A DNA stretch of 56,511 bases, counting the filler, from Squatina squatina (lineage: Eukaryota), in the NCBI GenBank assembly GCA_031763465.1. It is 3 parts of 3 records of this genome, joined end to end, with 100 filler letters (N's around TTAATTAATTAA, not from the genome) between each part and the next. Parts side by side here need not be neighbours in the genome. Positions count along the whole stretch, not along the records: positions 32,705 to 56,511 come from JARFOE010000004.1; 2 more parts are not named here. One strand, given 5' to 3'. A program made the translations under genes and the position numbers. Below, in pieces: positions 32,705 through 43,854 of this stretch. How positions within the stretch are numbered: the stretch's first letter is position 1; the number at the start of each line of letters is the position of its first letter. The notes beneath the pieces were generated by a model, which did no database searches, was not told the origin of the DNA, and saw only the letters and a program-made list of their open reading frames with translations.

Positions 32705-35700
32705 AAACTCAAGTCTCCCGTGGTCAAGGACTTGTTTTTGTTTGGAGAAAATACTTTGTTTAACTGCATTCGATAACATTTGTGATCATTTGTTCCACCC
32801 TTACTCCTATTGAGTGACAGATAGGGGTGATTTGTGTTTGTCTTGTATATTGGGCAGCCTCGCTCGCCCAATGACATGCGCATTGGGCCTCATTTGAATA
32901 CAATAGGAAAACCGCACTCATTATAGGCAGTTGCTGATTGGGGGGAGTGAGGTGAGGGGAATGGGGGGTGTTGAGGAGACAGAATCCAGTGAAGCCTCCA
33001 GCACCTGAAGGCAGGCATAAAGGTGCACTTTTCAAAGGTGATCAGTCGACAGTGAATTGTTGAAGCAGCGGAGAGTATGATGCAATTTGCAACGCCCGTG
33101 CAGCTGTGGAGGTACAGGGACTTGCATCACGCATCCCTAATTTACTGTTTCACTGTTTTGCAGGTGTCCTTATTTTCCAAATGGTCATTCATGTACAGTA
33201 AACCAGAGGAGCCAAATATTCCAGGGTTCACTATATCTCCTGCAATGATCCTTCTTTTTTTCACCTTCACCTGGGATCGTGCCTGATTCTGAAGCCCTGC
33301 CAGCAGGGTGTAATTTCAGTTCATTTTCCCGCTCATTGCCAGCCCAGGGTCCATTACCGCTGAGGGAGGGATGTCCTGATCCTGGGATTTGCTATGTTGG
33401 CAGCCTACACATGGCAAAGTGGCTGCTGTAGGTCCGGAGTGCCTTGTAGATCCCAGCCAAATTGGAGGGGGGGGGTTTAATGCCCAGCACCCCACTGTCC
33501 ATGACCCTCTCCCTCTGTGTGCTGCAGCTGCTAATGTCTGAAGTGTTGGGTGGTGGGTAGGGAGCTGTTAGCAGCCTGGTGTACTGATGTAGTAAGATTG
33601 CCAACTCTGGTTGGAGGCATTCCTGGAGGTTTGATCATGTGATGTTCTGACCACATGATGCCTGACGATGTGACATCTGATCACGCGATGTCTAATCATA
33701 TGAAATCTGGAAATGCTATTGCATTTACCTTATAAAGTTTCCCTGTAGTTGAGTATCTTTGCTCGTGGTTTTGTGCAAGAAGCTTCAAGAACCAGAACAC
33801 CACTGTGAACAGGTGAAGATGGAAAATTGAGGGCCAGGAAGAGGGGAAACTAAAGGTGGGGGAGGAATTTGCAGAGGGGAAACCAGAGGTGAGAGAAGCT
33901 TTGATTTCACTCTTAACTAATAGGTAACTCAATGATTTTATAACATAAATATCAAGGTATTAATATTAGAAACTCCTAAGTTTGCTGCAATTGGTAGTAA
34001 AAATTACATAAGTAGCATCAGAACACTTAATTAAAGCAGATCTAACGGCATTTTCTGTAAGCTACAAAGAAGCAACAAAAAATCCATTTTCACTGCTGTT
34101 CGCTCACTTTGCCCAAAAATTTACATATTTTTGATGTGAAATAGATTTTGAAAAAAAATTATTAAAAATACATTTATAATTAAAATTATGGTTAAGCTAA
34201 CTACTAAATAAAATTTAAATAACCTACAAAACGATAATTGAGGTTGAATGAAATGAGCAACAGACGGAATGAATGGACACCCCATATTTTGTGCAGCTTT
34301 CCATTAAACAGTACTCAATATTAAGTTAGTGGCAAGCTGTAATATCTGCAATAAGATAACTGTACCAGTTCTGTGAGCACAAAGTGTTGGTAACTCAACA
34401 GGCAGGTGCAGAATATATAGAACAGTAAATGAAGGCACTCAATAGTTTAAGATAAAGTGGCATTTTTTGAACTATGAAGCTTTGACCTGGAGTAAAATCT
34501 TTTTAACAGCCAAAGTTTTATAATGTATGACTGCTCACTGCAACCATCTCCATCCCCATGAGTAACCAAACTTACTCAGCTGAGCCAAGAGGTTATTATA
34601 GTTCAAGCTGTCTCATTAAGAGCATTGTGAACTCCTTAGGCTGACTTGAATGAAGATTAATCAGTTTGCAGCACAACAGGCAGCTGTTATTCATACTCCA
34701 ATAGTTGCTTTTTGGCCCAAAGTGAGGACAATAGGAATATTGTATTTTGGAAGCAATAGTGCTGAATGAGGGTAACTTCTTATTCCAAATACTAACAAAA
34801 CGGCAAATAAAATTAGATTTTTGTCTAGAATACTAATTATAGATGAAATAAAGTGTTCTTTGCTTTCAAAAATGCACTTAAACATATTTGATGCTGCTAA
34901 GTGTGGTATTGAAATAATTTAGCGATTGAATGTGCGATAAAGTTAGTTACTGTTATAGTTATTCTAGTTTCCCGAATAATCTGGTCAATTTGTCCAAAAA
35001 CATGTTGCTTTGCTAAGCTTCATGTGGTATAATATTAGTTAATAGATGAAATAGACTAACATTAGGCTGTATTTAAATGCCCACATCAAGTCACTAATTG
35101 AATAGTAGTTGGTCTTACAATTTAACAGTCTGCCCAGGACTAGGAGACTTGTCTAATCATATCCTTGCTAATTCTATGTCTGAAAATACTGTAGTTCTGA
35201 TTAAACATTTTCTCCACGACAGTATCAAAATGCATAATGGAGCGGATTTTCTTTGTTCAGTTGCTATGGGTTTTTCCTTGCCACTGCAATGTTATTTCTT
35301 TGCTCAGCATATACTTCAATTCCTTAATAAAACTAGCTGCTCTATTCTAAGCTCTGATCTGTTCAGCTTAAGTTTACCAATTCAGATTGAAATTTTGACA
35401 TATATACTTTCTTATAAAATAAGGAAATGACTTTATTCCTTGTAGACAGAAGACATGAAGGTATTTTGTGTTTGTACGAGTGAAGGACTCAGTTGTTCTG
35501 TCTGCAGGGCAGTAGGAGTAGTGGGATTTGTACAGTTTTGTGGCATTTTCTTTTACCAAAGGTCTCGGTCTAACCTCTCCCACAGCTTAATCTTTACAAA
35601 GCTCAGACAAAACTCAGTGCCGTGCATACAAATTAAATGCAGAGCTACTTGGCTTTGAAAATGATTGTACTTCCCCAAACTGTTGCTACTGAGCATTTGC

Positions 35701-36327
35701 AGCGGCTATTTAATGATCATAGCAATAACGATAGAAAAATAATCAGATCTTCATCGATTTAATAAAGAGATCATCTTGCTACAACATATACTTAATATTT
35801 TCTCTTTTGTACAAATTCTTAAAAAATAAAATGAAGTTACATTGATTTGGAGGCTGGTGAAGTCACCAATACATTAATATGGAAGTGATGTGGTAATACC
35901 GCATATGAGACATGAATGAACATTTGCATTATATCCCACATTTACCAGAAAATGCAAATCACAAGAGAGAGTAGCATTGTCCCATCATAAGCATCACCCA
36001 GCTTTTGGTTCATTGCTGAGATTGAAAAGAAAACGGGGCCCCAATTGGTGGNNNNNNNNNNNNNNNNNNNNNNNNNNNNNNNNNNNNNNNNNNNNNNNNN
36101 NNNNNNNNNNNNNNNNNNNNNNNNNNNNNNNNNNNNNNNNNNNNNNNNNNNCTCACCTTCTCAAGGGTGATTAGGGATGCTAGTGACTCCCACATTGCAT
36201 TAATTTAAAAATTAGATTATGAAACAAGAGCTGCTGTTTGTCTTCAGTCAAACCGGATAATGAAATTAACATCGAAGATGCTGGAAGTAGTCAGCAGCAC
36301 AGACAGATTCTGTGGAGAGAGAAAGAG

Positions 36328-36364
36328 AGTTAACGTTTCAGGTTAATGACCTTTCATCAGAACT
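36328..36364 (-). ncRNA. Minimal type I hammerhead ribozyme motif
   Basis: AGUU-CUGAUGA-A-AGGU(CAUUA)ACCU-GAAA-C-GUU-AACU: both core boxes, stem II, stem I (AGUU/AACU) and a palindromic ACGU helix III. Confidence 0.65.
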
Positions 36365-36667
36365 GGGAGAAGTTCAAGATGTAACAGCTTATAAGCAAGT
36401 ACAGAGACAGGGAAAGGGCGGGGAGGTTACAAACTGTGATAGGGTGGAGGGTGGGAGTGATTAAACAATAAAAGAGATGATGGTGGAAGGCAAAAGGAGA
36501 TGGTAATGGGACCAAGTAAAGAAACAAAGGATGGGCCCAGAGGAGGTGTAAATTACCAGCACCTGTGATACTAGAAAAAGGCAGCGGTGGTTGTGGCCTG
36601 AAGTTGTTGAACTCGCTATTGAGGCCGAAGGGCTGTAAAGTGCCTTATCGAAAAACGAGGTGTTGTT

Positions 36668-36914
36668 ATCATGGAAAGCATAGAATCATAGAAGTTTATG
36701 GCACAGAAGGAGGCCGGCTGTCAAAGAGCTATCGAGCCTAATCCCACTGTCCAGCTCTTGGTCCGTAGCCCTGTAGGTTACGGCACTTCAAGTGCACATC
36801 CAAGTATATTTTAAATGCACTGAGGGTTTCTGCCTCGACCATCCTTTCAGGCAGTGAGTTCCAGACCCCCACCACCCTCTGGGTGAAAAAAGTTCTCCTC
36901 AACCCCGCTCTGGC
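36668..36914 (-). mobile_element. 5'-truncated CR1 LINE 3' end nested in the Penelope-like element
   Basis: RRTFFTQRVVGVWNSLPERMVEAETLSAFKIYLD..., followed by a TTCTATGATTCTATG tail. Confidence 0.88.
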
Positions 36915-36992
36915 CCTCGAGCTTGCGTTGAGCAACAGTGAAAGTGGGCAGAACTGGAGCTCCGACAGGAAGCTGCGCCGAGGATAAGACCG

Positions 36993-37051
36993 TCATAAGA
37001 CCATAAGCAGTAGGAGCAGGAGTAGGCCATTCGGCCCGTCGAGCCCGCTCC
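36993..37051 (-). mobile_element. CR1-type 3' tail fragment
   Basis: Minus strand GGGCCGAATGGCCTACTCCTGCTCCTACTGCTTATGGTCTTATG. A similar tail lies on the plus strand at 51478-51522. Confidence 0.7.
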
Positions 37052-37499
37052 NNNNNNNNNNNNNNNNNNNNNNNNNNNNNNNNNNNNNNNNNNNNNNNNN
37101 NNNNNNNNNNNNNNNNNNNNNNNNNNNNNNNNNNNNNNNNNNNNNNNNNNNAAAGTTTATCAGGGTTATTTAAATCATGCTTTGAGTTAGGGGGATAAGG
37201 TTCTGTCCCCGTTTGTACCTCAGAGTCTGTGAGAGCCGGAGGGAAGGGCAGCAGAAAAAGAGGAAACAACTTCTCTAAAACTGACCCCAACTCATCATCA
37301 AGGCTGGGAATAGATAACCTTCTTAGGAAGTTTAACCCCTTTACTCACTTTCTCATTTGAGTTCCATTTGGAATTAGAGTTTATTTTATTATTTTTTGTT
37401 ATATGTTTAACAACAGCGTTGAAGAGGGAAAGAAAAACTTGGAGTAACTTCTGTCAAAACTGCAATGAAAGAATTTAAAGATTTTTCATGAACTTTTCA

Positions 37500-37680
37500 C
37501 AAAAAGTTAGTGATAAAAACAATTTTTACCCTAAGTTTCGAATATGATTTTAGAAGAAACAAGAAAAAATCAATTTTCCCNNNNNNNNNNTTGAACAAAA
37601 AATGAGTGTTAGAAACACTTTTTCCCCCTAAGTTTCAAATATGATTTTGGAAGAAATAGAAACAAAAATCATTTTCCCCT
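37500..37680. repeat. Diverged tandem duplication of about 80-100 bp across a 10-N gap
   Basis: ccctaagtttc[g/a]aatatgatttt[a/g]gaagaaa...aaaaatca.ttttccc occurs twice. Confidence 0.75.
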
Positions 37681-38949
37681 CATCTAAACAAGTTTTAACC
37701 AGATCTTGAAGTCCAAACATTTCTAAAGGGATCTGAAATACTTAAAACATTTTAAAATTGAAAATTCTCAATATTTGATTTTGAACGATCAACTGAAGTG
37801 AGTAGCTTTACACAAACATGCAACCATGCTGTTGAGGAGTGGGAGGGCAGGGGAGGATTTGTTGGAGTTACATATTACTTTTTATTGACTTTAAAAACAA
37901 CATTAAGACATTTAGGAAGAGAAGCAAAAAAGGGGAAAAACACAAACCATTTTATTTTGTCTGTCGTTCTATAGTCCGAACAAGTCCCAGGAATAATGTA
38001 AATATAGATTTCCTCTCAAAAGTTTAGTGGCGTGTCAATAGAAACAAGAGTTATGTAACGATGTATAAGAATTGCAAAAAGCTATTTTGGAAGAAACCAG
38101 TATTTGTTTATTGAAGACACAGAAAATACTTTGATTAAACTGATTTTGCACAATTTTGATTTGGTACAAATGTTTGAAAAAGGAGATTAAAAATTGAGAG
38201 TACAATGAAGTTTATTTCCCACTATTTAATTGCGAAGTACCTAAAACAATTCAACACTTTTTGTGATAGAACAGGGATTAATATTGTGGAGAATGTTTGA
38301 GAGCAAAACATTAGAAAAGAAATTCGTAAATTAACATCTTCACGTCACCATATTAGTTTCCAGGTCAATCTGATTGGTTCTCCTGTCCAGGAAGAAAGTT
38401 GAGTGTTTATTTTTGTTAAATCATGTGTTTTCCTGCACTTGTGAATAAGTACTGCATTTCTGACATGTTACATGAAGGTTGTGCTGGTTCAAGAAGACAA
38501 CCTTTATTAATGGAAGTGATTAAAGTTGAAAATACAGATACCTGGTTTTATTCAATTCTTTTAAATACTGTGAACTAAAGAACTGCAGCACTTTATATTT
38601 GTTGGTTCTCTGATTGCATTGTGATTAATATTCTAATTACTTATGTGGGCGGACAGCACGTCAGTGCTATAGGAAAGCTGCTGCTGCCTGTGCAGCCATT
38701 GTTATAGTGACATGAGGGGTGGGCTAATACATTTAAAATTTTAAAATTCATACAGATTGGATGAATAGATATGCCTCTTTCAGCTCACCTTGGGCTTTTG
38801 GATTGTTTGTCAATGCATAACCATGTAAGCAAGTGACGATTCTGAAGTGTCAATGTGGTTCTTTTATATCCCAGTCATTTCTGACAAATTTTATTAAAGA
38901 GAGTTTGTACATGACAAACTAAAAGCTTAGAATTAATTCTATCATAAAC

Positions 38950-39232
38950 AAACTTGCAGAATAGGCATATAAATGACAAATGAATTTCAATATAGCTAAG
39001 TGTGAGGTGGTACATTTTGGTAGGAGGAATAAGGAGGCTGTCTACTCCTTGGAAAATAAGAGTCTAAATGGGGTGGAGGTGCAAAGGAATCTGGGGTATA
39101 GATTCACACATCATTAAAAGTAGCAATGTGGGTTAAAAAAGCCATAAAAAAGTGCAAATAAAGCACTGGGGTTCATTTTTGGAGGAATAGAATTCAAAAG
39201 CAGAAGTTATGTTAAACTTGTATAGAGCCTTG
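38950..39232 (+). mobile_element. Decayed CR1 reverse transcriptase fragment
   Basis: *QMNFNIAKCEVVHFGRRN... and later NLGV...KANKALGFI..LNLYRAL, which are CR1 RT motifs. Confidence 0.8.
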
Positions 39233-39642
39233 AGTCGGTGAGGTGGCAATATGGCATTACTGTACATATGTTTTTAGGTGGTTGCTGTGGTTATAAAAGT
39301 TGCTGTTGTTTTAAAATTTGCTCACGGACAAAAAGGTCGCACTCAAAGGAGTTCGTGGCCCACTCTACAAAAAAAAATTAGAGGGAACATTGGTGACGGG
39401 CGAGCAAGGTATGGACGCCCAAGTTTTGAATGAGTTGGAAGTTATAGTGGAAGGTGTATAGGAGACTGGGAAGGAAGACAATAGGGAAAAAGAGGTGATA
39501 ACACGATGGATAATGACCATCAACAACAGGGGTCGGCTAGTGGTGGAAGTGGGCAAAATTGTGAGGTGGAAGTAAACAAACAGTCTTAGCGATGGATAGG
39601 ATAGATAGGGGGGGTGTGAAGAAAGGGAAAGGAATGTATTAC

Positions 39643-39793
39643 CTTGATCATCCAGAAGGACCATTATGCTGTCCTTGTGAGTGTGGCCAAAAAACTGTCC
39701 AACAATGATATCACTGTATTTGCGAAGAATTTGCACCAGCCTTTCATTGTCCTTCTTCCTGATTGCAGTGGTGCTCATTGAATCTGGCAAGTA
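39643..39793 (-). CDS. SMPDL3A: SMPDL3A internal exon, 5' part and acceptor absent
   Basis: YLPDSMSTTAIRKKDNERLVQILRKYSDIIVGQFFGHTHKDSIMVLLDDQG, containing the metallophosphoesterase GHxH motif. Donor G|GTAAT at 39642. Confidence 0.9.
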
Positions 39794-40745
39794 GGCCCAA
39801 TATCTTTACTGGGAGATCATTTCAGTGAACTGCTAATATTTGGAGGTCTTGCAAAATGTTTGTGGGAGCCTTATTACACCTATAATTGCAGGCAATCCTA
39901 TGTAAATTAGACCCATCCCAAATTCAGCGATCTTTTTCACCTGTTCACTCTTTCAGCACTGCTCATGCATATAAAACATGCACTGCTGGGATTTCCTGCA
40001 ATGGTCTTTGGAAGTTTGATTCTTAAAAATGTGATTAACAGTTTAGTTATAGTTCTGGGAATTTTTTATTTTTTTCACATAGGTGCCTCTGCATTATTCG
40101 TGATGCATTTACTTCCTGGTTTTTGAACTGCAGGACTCCTTTTTTCTTCCAAAGCACTGTTACTGATAGTTGTTGCTTAATTAACAGCAAGCACAACGTT
40201 CAGTTTGTGAGGTCCATTAGGCATCCCAATGGCAATGATGGATTTGGACGAAGAAGATGTGTTCGTGCAGAGGGTGGAAAGACAGCTACAAAATGGTTCC
40301 TCTTAGAAACCAAATCTTCAGAGCTAGGCATACCTACTTGGGATGTCTGAAGCAACCTGCTTTCATCGTCTATGCTTCACAAGGGAGAGTATCATGAAGT
40401 TTTGTTGCCTCCTTGATCAAAATCTGCAGAAAAGAGTCCTGAATTTCAATAGGGCCCAATCATACTGTCATAATTGACGCCATTTCTCCGGAGGTTGCGC
40501 CAGAGTACTCCTGCGGAAAGTCCACCCAAAGATCTCCCNNNNNNNNNNNNNNNNNNNNNNNNNNNNNNNNNNNNNNNNNNNNNNNNNNNNNNNNNNNNNN
40601 NNNNNNNNNNNNNNNNNNNNNNNNNNNNNNNNNNNNNNTTGCATTGGCCACTCTCCAGCGCACACACACGCTCTCACATAGAACCCTGCAATATAATTGC
40701 TAGGGCCTCTGCTCTTTCTTCTCCCAATTCTCTCAGGATAAGGAG

Positions 40746-41092
40746 AAAAGAACAAACTTGCATTCATATAGTGCCTTTCACAGCCTCAAGGCATCACAAA
40801 GCACTTCACAGCCAATTAAGTACTTCTGAAATGTAGTCACTATTATAATGCAAGGCAACATAGCAGCCAATTAGTGCACAGCAGGCTCCACAAACTTCAA
40901 TATGACCAACTAAACTGCTTTAGTTGTGTTGGGTGAGGGATAAATGTTGACGAGGATATGGCGAGAACTCCACTGCTCTTCAAACAATTTCATAGGATCT
41001 TTTACGTCCACTTGAGAGGGGAGATGGGGCCTTGGTTTAATGTCTCATCCAAAAGATGGCACCTCCGACACTGCAGCACTTTCTCAGTACTG
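40746..41092 (-). mobile_element. Partial SacSINE1-like DeuSINE (3' two-thirds)
   Basis: Colinear with 7899-8250. Confidence 0.8.
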
Positions 41093-41188
41093 AAAGAGAT
41101 ATAAGTTTAGATACGATTGGAGGCTTTACATTCTGCTAGTATTTGGCAACATTCATTTAGCTCAGTTCTATGTAATGTAAATACTTAC

Positions 41189-41402
41189 CCTGTCCATATC
41201 ACAAAGGAGGGTTGAACTTTAGCATCTTTCATGAACTTAAAAGCAGACTGGATAAGATTATAAGGTGAATCACACAAATAGTCTCCATAAGGTCCTGCAT
41301 GTTTTGCTGGATGACCCTTTGATGAAAAGCAAACTTTGGTAGGATCATCTGTCAAATGATATGTAGGATCCAAATGCAAGTCAGTCACTTGCCAGAATTG
41401 TC
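41189..41402 (-). CDS. SMPDL3A: Acid sphingomyelinase-like phosphodiesterase 3A, second coding exon (214 nt)
   Basis: Acceptor TTTTCCAGTAG, donor GG|GTAAGT. Translates GQFWQVTDLHLDPTYHLTDDPTKVCFSSKG...CDSPYNLIQSAF...VIWTG, with a DxH motif. Adjacent to FABP7 and PKIB. Confidence 0.95.
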
Positions 41403-42776
41403 CTACTGGAAAATAAAATGCAAAGATTAGCAATTTGTCGTACAAAGACCTGTTCCACACAAATTTCAAATTCCAATAAAACTTCAAACAGTGAATCAAG
41501 CTACAAAAATATTTTATGATTTTTTTTTTAAGAACTACTTGTGTATGTTTACTAGCAGTTGCTCATTGAAGTTTATATCGCTGCTGGACCTTTTTGAAAT
41601 GTACCATCCATGCCTCAGCACGCACTTTGCATCCGAGTGCCAAAATCCACTTGCTCTCTGGACATTCTGCTTCTGTTCCAGCTTGTTCCCATCCTCCACA
41701 CAATCGGTCCCTCTCCCATTACCTGGTGGGGCCTTTCTCCTCCTTACTGTTCTTAATAGGCTTTCTCGGTTAAGGTGGCCCATAATATGTATAGTGGTAC
41801 CTCCACATTTAAAAACAAATCCCTTAACATGTAACTGATCATAGGAATTACAGAAGTTACTTAGATATTAGATTTTGTGTCTAGGACCAGAACACAGGTT
41901 GCTAAAGCTCTGGCTGTGTTTTTCTCGGCAAGATTGTATTTGTATCAAACTGTGTGAAATTACTTTATCTGAAGCTGAAACTCAGCCCTGTATTAATAGG
42001 TGTGTCACGCAGGTAGGTTACTTTCCAGAAACTCCGTGTAGTGTGTTAATTTTCATTTCAACACTTATGTTTAAGGTGCTCACTTATGTGACAAATGAGC
42101 ACAAAGATACACAGATATCTAACCAGACAACTGAGTGCATTAACATACTTGATTTAAAAGCAGGCTGGACAATATTCTGCCACACTCACTCATTTGCACA
42201 AGAGATGCCACAGGACTCAGCAAAAATGTGTAAGGGGCAGCGCTTCATGCAAAGTACACTGAAGATAAGACCCAACTAGTCACTCTCCTCCTTGAGTGCA
42301 AGAAGTGGAAGGGGTCGAAAATGTCTCTCTTGGATCAAGTTGGGTCCAAGACGACATGGGGGATTAGAACTGAAGTGATTCTCTGCACCAAACATACTAA
42401 TCCAATATTTGGGCAAGATAATTCTGCAATACTCCAGGGCACCAATCATTATTCACCAGCAAGGTTGTTCCTGCTCTCCATACATTTGTCCATCTACAGT
42501 GGCTCTTTCCCCCTCACTATTAATGGGACCTGGAGGAACAGACCTGTCACTATACTATAATTCAATGTGTATTACTCACTCAAATGTCAAAGTTTAACTG
42601 AATGACAGACCATGCACTCTGATGATAGGTGCCTTGTTTATAACTTCCATGAACGTATACATGATACAATCTTCTTNNNNNNNNNNNNNNNNNNNNNNNN
42701 NNNNNNNNNNNNNNNNNNNNNNNNNNNNNNNNNNNNNNNNNNNNNNNNNNNNNNNNNNNNNNNNNNNNNNNNNNNN

Positions 42777-42831
42777 TTCCGTCCCAGGTCTGGACATGGA
42801 CAAGCTTGTCACCATCCAACGTCACCGTTGT
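42777..42831 (-). CDS. FABP7: Brain fatty acid-binding protein, exon 3 (3' end in gap)
   Basis: Acceptor TGTCAACAG. Translates TTVTLDGDKLVHVQTWDG, in phase with the upstream exon. Confidence 0.92.
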
Positions 42832-43150
42832 CTGTTGACAACAACAATACGAGTTACGAGTTATCGATCGGCAAGCCCACCGAATGATCGTAAACAGTGA
42901 GCTGGGCATCGATTGCCAACCATCACAGTTGCTAATATAGCTGTAAATATTTAAATCCGGGTTAGAGCGCAAACTCCCGTAGAACGGTGTGACATTGGAA
43001 TGTGCAACACTTGAACAGCACCCCGCAACCTAGAGGCTGGTTGGGGGGGGAAGCACATTCTTCGGGGGCACTTGTAATATCCACAGCGCCCGCATCTGCT
43101 CCTAGTGCACACACTGAAAAGCAAATTGCACGGCCATTTCCTGAACTTAC

Positions 43151-43323
43151 TTTGCAATTTCGGTCATCTGCTGTGGTCTCGTCGAACTCTTCTCCAAATC
43201 TGAAGCTGATCTCGGTGTTCTTAAAGGTGCTCAGAGTCTTCAACACCACCTTATCCTCCTCTTTACTGATGATAATCGTCGGTTTGGTAACATTCCCAAC
43301 TTGTCGAGTCGCGAAACTCACAC
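43151..43323 (-). CDS. FABP7: Brain fatty acid-binding protein, exon 2 (173 nt)
   Basis: Acceptor TTTTTGGCAG, donor AAA|GTAAGT. Translates [58 protein letters not shown]. Confidence 0.95.
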
Positions 43324-43768
43324 CTGCCAAAAATACAGATATTGCACGAGTTGCTGCTCTCTGTTCTAAGCGAGAGGTATAAATAAAGNNNNNNNNNNNN
43401 NNNNNNNNNNNNNNNNNNNNNNNNNNNNNNNNNNNNNNNNNNNNNNNNNNNNNNNNNNNNNNNNNNNNNNNNNNNNNNNNNNNNNNNNCATTTGCCTAGT
43501 TACATAAATATCGTTTGAGCGAATCACATCAGTGTGTTGGTAAATGCCAGCAGTCAAAGAAGAAAAAAAATATATAAGAAGCAGTTAAAATAAAACAGGT
43601 TGTTGAAATTTTATCTTTGAGAATTCAACCTAATTTCTCCCCACACTCCCAAGAAAAATAAATGCCTAGGTTGCTTCAACTTGAAGTGACAATCTCTGGC
43701 TTCGAGATGCTGTCCCTTGTGAAAATTATATGTACACATGTAATGCAATATTGCAGTTAGGTGGTCTG

Positions 43769-43854
43769 TTATGATGTATTGTTCTTATCTTCACATTCTG
43801 GAGGTTTGGGTGGTGCTTCTGATGGGGATGTTTTTCCTTCTTCTGCTCCTTCAT
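43769..43854 (-). CDS. PKIB: cAMP-dependent protein kinase inhibitor beta, last coding exon (not in the ORF track)
   Basis: Acceptor TTTGATCCCAG. The phase-1 join G|AT gives D, then EGAEEGKTSPSEAPPKPPECEDKNNTS*, an acidic tail as in PKI proteins. Confidence 0.8.

Larger units (their letters stand above)
36270..36940 (-). mobile_element. Penelope-like element 3' end (GIY-YIG C-terminus plus terminal repeat), interrupted by CR1
   Basis: The minus strand reads AQRKLE (36915-36933), then E-QHLVFR*GTLQPFGLNSEFNNF (36667-36601), then a pyrimidine-rich UTR and a hammerhead-like motif. Confidence 0.75.

Noticed and set aside
43324-43768. Extremely short PKIB-FABP7 spacing and loss of FABP7 exons 1 and 4
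   Set aside because: Nominal 100-N gaps lie exactly where the missing exons belong.
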